From assembly GCA_051382295.1 (NCBI GenBank), contig JBBCAW010000008.1:1-64000 (forward strand): a DNA stretch of 64,000 nt, read 5' to 3'. The stretch comes from Bdellovibrionota bacterium FG-1 (GTDB taxonomy: Bacteria; Bdellovibrionota; UBA1018). A program made the translations under genes and the position numbers. Shown piece by piece: positions 56,625 to 64,000 of this stretch (its first letter is position 1; each line of letters starts with the position of its first letter). Under the pieces are notes generated by a model. The model had not been told where the DNA came from, did not search any database, and was given only the letters and a program-made list of their open reading frames with translations.

Positions 56625-58355
56625 CTATGCTTTCGCTTCCCGCCGTTTATAGACCACACCGACCCAAATCACGTAGGCCATTTGCACCGCGACGAAACCC
56701 AAAATCGTTTTGAAGCCTCCGCCACTCACAAATCCATAGGAATGCAAGCCCACACCCAAGACGAAATTCACACCGTACCAAGCCATCATCACCGACAAAA
56801 AGGCCACCACCGACCATGCGGCAAAACCAAATTGTCCAACCCAGCCCGAATACCGACCATGAAGAATGGTGATATAACAAAGCAACGCAATCAGCGCCCA
56901 AACTTCTTTAGGATCCCAACCCCAGAAACGACCCCAAGAATAATCCGCCCAAACTCCGCCCAAAATCGTGCCCGCCGCCAACAAAACCACGCCGAACTGC
57001 ATCGCGCGATAAGTGAGCTGATTCATCGAAGTGATTTTAAGCTTTCCGCCCGGACGATTGCTTCGCAAAAAATAATAAAGCGCCACATTAGCCAATCCCA
57101 AAGTCAGCGCAAAGGCCGCATATCCCAGCGTGATCGTCAAAACATGGATCGTCAGCCAATAATTGCTCCGCAAAACCGGAACCAGGGGATTCAGGCTCGG
57201 ATCCATCACCGCTGGCGCGGCGTCTGCAGCAATCAAGCTTAAGGTGGCCAACACACTGGCAACCAAAAGCAAGATCGCCTGTCGATGGATCGCGTACAAA
57301 ATTCCCGCAAAAACAAGCTGACCAAAAGCCACCCAAATCACCGATTCGTACATATTGGTCACTGGAGGACGCCCCGCCACAAAACAACGCATCGCAATCC
57401 CCGCAACGTGAACCGCAAAGGCCACACCCGTGACACTCAAGGCTGCGGCCGTCCATCCAAGTGAAGCGCGGCCGGTTGGCATTTTCGTCTCAGAAAACCG
57501 AGCACCCATCCATACGAATACGGCGATCAAATAAAAGATCCAAGACCAGAGAAACGGCCGAATATGATTATAGATCGATTCAACATCAATCCGAGTGTGA
57601 GCGGTTTCGGTCCAGCCCACGATCTGAGACTCAATCGAAGCGCGCGCCCGCACAACCGCAGATTCAAACTGCGCTTGGTTCGAGCTTTCATAAGCCCGGA
57701 TGATTTGCACAAATAAATCACGAACCGGACTTCCCATTTTGTCAGGATCTGAAAGAGCACCCCACGGCGCAAGCTCTCCTGGCTTAGCACTAATAGCCCC
57801 AGGCAGCGCAGGAATTACAGTCCATGCCTCGCCAGAAATCACCCGGTTGAACATATCGAGACGCTCAAAAACCCGTTTAAATTCTTGATCCCGTGGATCT
57901 ACCTTAGGTTTATTACCCATCGGCGCCGAGACTTGTTGATCCTGCGCACTTGCCGTCTGCGCATACTGCCCTAGCACGGTATTGCCCATCAGTTCTTTAG
58001 GCGAAAACCGCGTCCGCTTTTCATCCAAGCCCACTTGCCGACGCACATCCTCACGCGACACCTGGATAAAGCGATAATTCTGCCAAGCCTCCGGGTTAGC
58101 GATCATCGAAAAAGCCATGTCGACCGGATCCCAACCATCAAAGCTACGTGACCCGGTTTCAAAGAGCATGATTTCACGCGCAAATGAATCCAACGGTTTG
58201 ACCCGCCCCCCACTTTGCAGGGGAATCTCTCGAGCTCGAGCAAAAGACCAATCCGCTCGCTGAACCGGAGCGGGCGCTTCATCTGCGGCAAAAACAGGGG
58301 CCGCCCCAAGCAAACCAGCCAATACGAAACCCAAAATATACGGTTTGATCTTCAT
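56625..58355 (-). CDS. ccsA: Cytochrome c biogenesis protein CcsA/ResC (system II)
   Basis: GRVKPLDS, PPVTNMYES, PVLRSNYWLTIHV, WADYSWGRFWGWDPKE and GLHSY motifs. Confidence 0.93.
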   Translation of the reverse strand: MKIKPYILGFVLAGLLGAAPVFAADEAPAPVQRADWSFARAREIPLQSGGRVKPLDSFAREIMLFETGSRSFDGWDPVDMAFSMIANPEAWQNYRFIQVSREDVRRQVGLDEKRTRFSPKELMGNTVLGQYAQTASAQDQQVSAPMGNKPKVDPRDQEFKRVFERLDMFNRVISGEAWTVIPALPGAISAKPGELAPWGALSDPDKMGSPVRDLFVQIIRAYESSNQAQFESAVVRARASIESQIVGWTETAHTRIDVESIYNHIRPFLWSWIFYLIAVFVWMGARFSETKMPTGRASLGWTAAALSVTGVAFAVHVAGIAMRCFVAGRPPVTNMYESVIWVAFGQLVFAGILYAIHRQAILLLVASVLATLSLIAADAAPAVMDPSLNPLVPVLRSNYWLTIHVLTITLGYAAFALTLGLANVALYYFLRSNRPGGKLKITSMNQLTYRAMQFGVVLLAAGTILGGVWADYSWGRFWGWDPKEVWALIALLCYITILHGRYSGWVGQFGFAAWSVVAFLSVMMAWYGVNFVLGVGLHSYGFVSGGGFKTILGFVAVQMAYVIWVGVVYKRREAKA

Positions 58356-59839
58356 AGTACCTCCGAGGGCATGGGTTCAGAAGTCGAAGACCTCTGAATC
58401 TCTTGCGCCGTCTTTGTTACACTTCCCTTATGTTTTCTGTATTTCACAGCAAACAAAACAATCGAACCCAAGACAATCAAGATAGACCCGAGATACTTCC
58501 AAAACCGCCCTGGGTCGCGGTTAACCGAAAAAATCGACACGGTCGGCCGGGGCTGCGCATCTTCATAACTGGCCTGATAGAGCGTGATGCCCTTGATGGT
58601 AAGTGGCTCATTCATGCTGATCGTAGCGCTTTCGCCGGCCGCACCGGCTTTTGGATCGGTAATCACCGTCACCCGAGAGGCGTAAGAAGAAGGATCCATG
58701 GTCCCTTCGTACCGATCAATCGTGAACCGATCGAGCCGAATCGAAAACGGCAAAACCACTCGATGCGGCAAATAACCGACTTCAAAATTACCATTATCGG
58801 TTCGCAACATGGCTCGATCACCGAGCCCTAGCCACGCCTCAGCGTCTTTATTGCCCTGGCCGCCCTTTCCAGAAACCACATGAATGGCGGACATATTGGT
58901 CATCGGGCCAAATTGCACCCGGGAGGGCTGATACGAAATCATCGGCACCGCATTTTGAATCCAATCCAAAATCGTGACCTTAATATTTCCCTTCCATCCG
59001 GGTTCAATCACATGCCCACGAACGGCCGAAGGCTGAATTTTACCTTTGATGACTTTTCCGTCAGACGAAACCGCAAAAAACTCAACGCCCCCATCTCGAC
59101 CTGGCAATAACGATAACCCCGGCCGCCCAGCAACAGCAGGCAACTCTTCGCCAATCGCAAAACGGGCAGGGCCCATCTGAACATTTTTAAAAGATGAGTC
59201 TCCCATCCAAAGCCAAAAATCCTGCTTGACGCCCATCGCCCCGCCTACCACTTGAATTCTGGCGGCAGTCACAGAAGGATGATTGCCCATCGGAAATTCA
59301 CTCGAAATAAACGCATAGATCGGATCCGCGTGAGAAATAAATTTGTCGATCGTCAGGTCATAGGGAACCCCCTGCGCGCGCGCCGAAATAGGGTGAAACT
59401 CGATGTCCGGCGGAATCCACCCCACCCGGACCTTGTGCACGGCTCCCGCCTCCGTAATCACCAACGAGTTATTGTCCTGCTCCACCATGCTCGCGGTTTC
59501 GCCCTCGGCGATTCTCAAATTTCCATCTAAACCGTACCGGTCGGTGAGCCACGAGCCTACCAATAAAGTCAAAATGCCGATATGCGCGAGCAAAAAGGGA
59601 GCATGCCGACGCTGCCAAGGCCACCGATCCACCATGACGGAAAAGATGTTAATTCCCAGCGACGCCAACAAAAGATGGAACCAGAGGGATCGATAAACAT
59701 AATACTGAGCTGTCGGCGTATCGTAAAGCGACTCCAGAATCGTGCCGATAGCGAGAGCCACCGACAGTCCTAAAATCACGATCACAGTGAGCTTAAGAGA
59801 AGCAAAAAAACCCAGAAAACCTTTATATTTTGATTTCAT
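58352..59839 (-). CDS. ResB/Ccs1-like cytochrome c biogenesis protein
   Basis: ASLKL, GTILES, AHIG, ISMNEPL, YQASY and RDPG motifs. Confidence 0.88.
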   Translation of the reverse strand: MKSKYKGFLGFFASLKLTVIVILGLSVALAIGTILESLYDTPTAQYYVYRSLWFHLLLASLGINIFSVMVDRWPWQRRHAPFLLAHIGILTLLVGSWLTDRYGLDGNLRIAEGETASMVEQDNNSLVITEAGAVHKVRVGWIPPDIEFHPISARAQGVPYDLTIDKFISHADPIYAFISSEFPMGNHPSVTAARIQVVGGAMGVKQDFWLWMGDSSFKNVQMGPARFAIGEELPAVAGRPGLSLLPGRDGGVEFFAVSSDGKVIKGKIQPSAVRGHVIEPGWKGNIKVTILDWIQNAVPMISYQPSRVQFGPMTNMSAIHVVSGKGGQGNKDAEAWLGLGDRAMLRTDNGNFEVGYLPHRVVLPFSIRLDRFTIDRYEGTMDPSSYASRVTVITDPKAGAAGESATISMNEPLTIKGITLYQASYEDAQPRPTVSIFSVNRDPGRFWKYLGSILIVLGSIVLFAVKYRKHKGSVTKTAQEIQRSSTSEPMPSEVL

Positions 59840-59845
59840 TTTTTT

Positions 59846-60406
59846 TCAAAGCCTAGTGTAAGGTGCCAATTCCAGCGGTGTGATTTTGCCCCGATCCAAA
59901 GGAGTATCGCCAGTGGGTGCAAAGAAAACCCCAGCCAGTTCCAACACGGCTTTCTGCACCACCCGCTCCCGCTCTAAACCATCCTTTGGGAGTTCTGAGT
60001 TCCTGGCCTTTTCGTCAAAAACTCGGTCATAAATTTTTTTTCTCAGCAATCCAGCATTGCGTCCCACCGTCAAGCGAGCCATACGAGCCAACCGTTTTGC
60101 ATAGAGTAAGGATTGCCTCTGGCCAGGGCCCGTCAAATCAATGACCAGATCAACCTGAGGAGGGTGCACTGCACCGATAGATTGCCCCTGCGTCGTCACA
60201 AAAAACACCGCGGAATCCAAATAGGACCGTAGAATTTTTTGTCTTAACGATTCGATGTCAAAAACAATTCCTGCAGCCGAAAGCACCACTACGACCGTTC
60301 GAACCCCAGGAATTCGATTGGGTTGGGATCGCTCCTGCTCAGCCAGATGAGCCAAACAAGAGTGAGTTAATTGGTCTTGATAACTCAGAGTCTGAGAATT
60401 AGTCAT
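59846..60406 (-). CDS. Hypothetical protein
   Basis: Clean ORF 6 nt upstream of the resB-like gene; DLVIDLTG is weakly reminiscent of the GT9 N-terminal domain. Confidence 0.6.
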   Translation of the reverse strand: MTNSQTLSYQDQLTHSCLAHLAEQERSQPNRIPGVRTVVVVLSAAGIVFDIESLRQKILRSYLDSAVFFVTTQGQSIGAVHPPQVDLVIDLTGPGQRQSLLYAKRLARMARLTVGRNAGLLRKKIYDRVFDEKARNSELPKDGLERERVVQKAVLELAGVFFAPTGDTPLDRGKITPLELAPYTRL

Positions 60407-60491
60407 TTCTCAGTTTTATCAGAGTTTTTTTAAGTCTCCTAGCATGAACAATAAATCTCTTTGACTTGGAGCAGGGCAAATCTAAGATTTA

Positions 60492-61697
60492 ATGATGACT
60501 CAACTCACTGATCTGCCTCATTCTCCTGAAATTCTCGAAATTCGGGCCCTTGCCCGCCAGATTTTATCCAAAGAACTTAAACCCCGCGTCGAACACTCAG
60601 AAACCACTGGTGAGTTTTGCCGCGAAGCGTTAATTCAACTTGGCCAGGCAGGCTTAGCTGCCCCGATGTTGCCTGAACCCTGGGGAAGCGGCGAACTTGC
60701 TGATGAAGAGGGAGCTACCCACGGTCTCTTGACCCAGCTCATCGTCGCTGAAGAAATGGGTTATATTTCAAGCGGTTTTGGACTTTCTGAGCTGGCCAGC
60801 GTCTGCCTTTTTGGCGCTAATGTCGGCCGTCAGGGCTCTCGTGAGCAAATGGAAAGATACCTCCCCGGAATTGCTTCAGGCGAAAAAATCGGTTGTTGGG
60901 CGCTCACTGAGCCCGCCGTTGGAAGTGACGCAGTTTCGGTCAAAACCCGCTGCGAACGTCAGGGGGACCACTATGTCCTCAATGGCTCAAAGACCTTCAT
61001 CACCAATGCACCGATTGCCGACTACTTTATGGTGATCGCGCGCGAGTACGGGGCTGACGGCAAACCCGTCGAAGGCTTTCAAGGCGGGACCGCTTTTATT
61101 TTGGATCGAGGGCTGGAGGGCCTGAAGACGGGAAATCCATTTCACAAAATGGGTCATTGGAGCTCGCCCACAGGTGAGGTCTTTATGGACAATGTTCGAG
61201 TCCCCGCCTCTCAAGTTCTTGGCAAACCTGGAAAAGCTTTTTTAGGAATGAAGGTCTCGCTGGATGTCGAACGAACGATCTTTAGCGGGCTCGGAGTGGG
61301 ATTGATGCAATTTTGCCAAGACACCCTGATTCGCTACGGTGCGACTCGAAAGCAATTTGGCGTTTCAATCCTCGAACATCAAATGATTCAAGACAAGGTT
61401 GCCCGAATCGCCGCCTCGCTCGATATGGTCAGACACTACCAATATATGGTGGTGACTAAACTCGCTCGTGGCCAAAGCGCCAATAAAGAAGCCGCTATCC
61501 TCAAATTTATGGGCGGCCGCATGGCCAACGAAGTCGCTGCCGAGGCGGTGCAAGCCCTAGGAGGATACGGCTATATGCGCGAGTACGGGGTCGAGCGAGC
61601 GATGCGTGATGCCAAGCTCTATGAAATCGGCGGCGGTACCAGCGAAATTCAAAAACTCATTATTGCTAAACAAGTCATCAAAGAAACCCTGCAATAA
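60492..61697 (+). CDS. Acyl-CoA dehydrogenase (isovaleryl/butyryl-CoA type)
   Basis: ALTEPAVGSD, NGSKTFITN, KMG, RKQFG, QALGGYGY and YEIGGGTSEIQ motifs. Confidence 0.93.
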   Translation: MMTQLTDLPHSPEILEIRALARQILSKELKPRVEHSETTGEFCREALIQLGQAGLAAPMLPEPWGSGELADEEGATHGLLTQLIVAEEMGYISSGFGLSELASVCLFGANVGRQGSREQMERYLPGIASGEKIGCWALTEPAVGSDAVSVKTRCERQGDHYVLNGSKTFITNAPIADYFMVIAREYGADGKPVEGFQGGTAFILDRGLEGLKTGNPFHKMGHWSSPTGEVFMDNVRVPASQVLGKPGKAFLGMKVSLDVERTIFSGLGVGLMQFCQDTLIRYGATRKQFGVSILEHQMIQDKVARIAASLDMVRHYQYMVVTKLARGQSANKEAAILKFMGGRMANEVAAEAVQALGGYGYMREYGVERAMRDAKLYEIGGGTSEIQKLIIAKQVIKETLQ

Positions 61698-61717
61698 CTT
61701 TTGCAAAGAAAGACTTC

Positions 61718-63367
61718 ATGGAAACTACCCACGACCTCAATCAACAGCTCCTTGCCCTTCGCCAACAAGCTCGCCAAATGGGAGGGCCAGAAGCGATTCA
61801 AAAGCAACATGAAGCCGGAAAGCTAACGGCGCGTGAGCGCATCCAACTTCTCTTTGATGAAGGCAGCTTTGTGGAATACGGAGTGCTCGGCACTCACCAC
61901 TCCGCACTTCCCGACATGAAAGATAAAATCACCCCGGCCGATGGCGTAGTGACTGGAGTCGGAATGATTCAGGGCCGGCCTGCCGCTGTCGCGGCCTATG
62001 ACTTTACGGTAATGGCAGGCACGATGGGCGAAGTCGGCGAGCGCAAAGTGAAACGCATGCGAGAAACCTCGCTTCGAGAGCGAATGCCTATGATTTGGCT
62101 ACTCGATTCAGCCGGCGCTCGCATCCAAGAAGCTGCCGGCGCTCAATTTGCGGCGACGGGTAGCCTCTTTTTTGACCAAGTCCAGATGTCGGGCGTGGTG
62201 CCGCAAGTCGCCGCGGTCATGGGGCCTACCGCGGCCGGGACAGCCTATATTCCTGCCTTGGCTGATTTTGTTCCGATGGTCAAAGGAACTTCATCGATGG
62301 CACTAGCGGGTCCCCCACTCGTCAAGGCTGCGATCAATGAAGATGTCACCACCGAAGATCTCGGAGGCACTTCGGTTCATTGCCGAATTAGCGGCGTGGC
62401 CGATCTCGAAACGGCCAACGACCCCGAGTGCATTACCGCCATTCGTAAATACCTGGCCTTTTTTCCTTCCCACAGCAAACAAAAACCGCCACGCATTGAA
62501 GGAGCGATCGCCCGGCACAGTAAATTCTCCAAGGGAATCCGCCAAAAAGATGCCGAGGGCGCGACCAAAGCCTTTGACCGACTAGCAATGAGTGACGCCA
62601 TCCTCGGAATTTTGCCTGAGGATTCACGCAAAGCCTACGACATGAAAGATATCATCCGACAAATCGTCGACAAGCAGGACGATGCCCAGAATAACTCAGA
62701 AACTTCGACCTTTTTTGAGATCAAACCCGACTTTGCTCGAAACATCATTACGGGTCTCGCCCGCATTGACAGTTGGAGCGTGGGAATTCTCGCCAATCAA
62801 CCTCAATTCATGGGGGGCGCGATTGACGTCGATGCCTCCGATAAAGCGGCGCGTTTTTTGTGGCTTTGTGACGCCTACAATATCCCCGTGGTTTTCCTCC
62901 ACGATTGCCCAGGGTTTATGGTGGGTTCACGCATGGAAAAAATGGGTATTATTCGCCACGGCGCCAAGATGCTTTTTGCCCTCAGTGAAATGACGGTCCC
63001 GAAGTTTTCCATCGTGATCCGTCGTTCTTACGGCGCTGGCTATTACGTGATGTGCGGCAAGGGCTACGAGCCAGATTTGATTGTCGGTTGGCCTACAGCC
63101 GAAGTCAGCCTGATGTCCCCCGAGGGCGCGGTCAATATTATCTTTCGCAAGGAAATCGCCGCGGCTCCCAACCCCGAGCAAGCGCGCGCCGCTCGAACCG
63201 AGCAATATCGTCACATGATTGGCGGCCATATCTCCGCCTCGCAAGGTCACCTCGATGACATCATCGATCCGCGCGAAACCCGCAAGATCCTCGCCACCGC
63301 CCTCCTCCACACCCGCGCCAAGAAAGTCACCCGGCCCGCGAAGAAGCACGGGGTGCTCCCCGTTTAG
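61718..63367 (+). CDS. Acyl-CoA carboxylase carboxyltransferase (beta) subunit
   Basis: GKLTARERI, DFTVMAGT, DSAGARIQE, DCPGFMVG, IIRHGAK and IIDPRETR motifs. Confidence 0.95.
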   Translation: METTHDLNQQLLALRQQARQMGGPEAIQKQHEAGKLTARERIQLLFDEGSFVEYGVLGTHHSALPDMKDKITPADGVVTGVGMIQGRPAAVAAYDFTVMAGTMGEVGERKVKRMRETSLRERMPMIWLLDSAGARIQEAAGAQFAATGSLFFDQVQMSGVVPQVAAVMGPTAAGTAYIPALADFVPMVKGTSSMALAGPPLVKAAINEDVTTEDLGGTSVHCRISGVADLETANDPECITAIRKYLAFFPSHSKQKPPRIEGAIARHSKFSKGIRQKDAEGATKAFDRLAMSDAILGILPEDSRKAYDMKDIIRQIVDKQDDAQNNSETSTFFEIKPDFARNIITGLARIDSWSVGILANQPQFMGGAIDVDASDKAARFLWLCDAYNIPVVFLHDCPGFMVGSRMEKMGIIRHGAKMLFALSEMTVPKFSIVIRRSYGAGYYVMCGKGYEPDLIVGWPTAEVSLMSPEGAVNIIFRKEIAAAPNPEQARAARTEQYRHMIGGHISASQGHLDDIIDPRETRKILATALLHTRAKKVTRPAKKHGVLPV

Positions 63368-63375
63368 GTATCAGG

Positions 63376-64000
63376 TTACTTTGTGATGCCCGGTGCGTTA
63401 AGATGGGGCCATTCCTGAAGGTAATTATTTTGGGTCCACACGAATTTTTCGGAGATCCGCAAATCTCGATAAGATTTGGAAAGATTGGACACCGCCGGCG
63501 CCCATTTCAGTTCAATCGCCCATTTTTTTGGTAAAATAAAATCAACCTCCCCTGAGGGAGATGACAGATAACCAAATCGCGGAAATTTACGACTTAATGC
63601 CTCGTGTGCCACCATTTCAGCCAAGCGATCTTCGGCGTTTTCCGGGGAACTCTGTCCGGAAAGCTCAATCCCCAGCCAGTACAGCATAGGATCCGTAAAA
63701 TAAAATTTCTTATCCTTTCGAAATCGATAGGCGCCGGTATCCATGTCCACGGCATAAAGAGTTTTGACGGCGAAACAGGCTTCTAAAATGGACAGATATT
63801 CATGCACGGTCTCGTGCGAAGCAATCTGAGTTTTTTTAGCAAGCGTTTGATAACTCACCGGTGATTGCGTACACACGGCCAACTGAATCAATACTTCCTT
63901 CAGGTAGTCCTCATTTTTACCAAATTTTACGATATCGCCAACCAACCATTTGTAATAAGTGCTCTTGCTTTGAGGCGCGGTCGACAAGCCATCTACGGCT
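63376..64000 (-). CDS. AAA_14/DUF4143 protein, C-terminal part (5' beyond window)
   Basis: KKFYFTDP, LAE and GEVDFI..AIELKW (PD-(D/E)xK-like) motifs. Confidence 0.85.
   Translation of the reverse strand, partial: AVDGLSTAPQSKSTYYKWLVGDIVKFGKNEDYLKEVLIQLAVCTQSPVSYQTLAKKTQIASHETVHEYLSILEACFAVKTLYAVDMDTGAYRFRKDKKFYFTDPMLYWLGIELSGQSSPENAEDRLAEMVAHEALSRKFPRFGYLSSPSGEVDFILPKKWAIELKWAPAVSNLSKSYRDLRISEKFVWTQNNYLQEWPHLNAPGITK

Noticed and set aside
62499..62580. Possible palindromic insert in the carboxyltransferase linker
   Set aside because: Only a short, gapped inverted match (CGCCCGGCA / TGCCGAGGGCG), and this inter-domain linker varies naturally.

Overview
This is a bacterial chromosomal window of roughly 50% GC (by eye). 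The gene content suggests a Bdellovibrionota/Oligoflexia-like delta-type organism; that is an inference, not a database result. Layout: (1) the right end of an IS1595-family element inserted in a small DUF2283-like gene (1-503). (2) A ~19 kb surface-glycan cluster (516-19916) with rfbBAD and rfbC, three extra extended SDRs, two NDP-sugar C-methyltransferases, GT4, two GT2s, two GT-C-like membrane proteins, lhgO and a secreted MBL hydrolase. One C-methyltransferase is frameshifted and fused by deletion to half a DegT aminotransferase. (3) Housekeeping genes: prmA, rne, a deoB-deoA-punA-cdd-deaminase salvage operon, rplU-rpmA-obgE-nadD-rsfS-rlmH-gpmI-pfkA-comF, lysC, mltD, murJ, a UvrD/PcrA helicase, system II cytochrome c biogenesis, an acyl-CoA dehydrogenase and a carboxyltransferase. 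(4) Accessory genes: an M4 peptidase, an orphan OMP, BrnTA and two AAA_14/DUF4143 genes. The most unusual signals are a 126-bp palindromic (RPE-like) element inserted in frame in a GT2 gene, a second 173-bp palindromic element between rsfS and rlmH, a biotin-carboxylase homologue lacking its biotin lysine and catalytic residues, a His-less HPt-like protein with a FliM/CheZ-like tail coupled to cheY, five sigma54 promoters, and several apparently leaderless sigma70 transcripts. No rRNA, tRNA or CRISPR array was seen.
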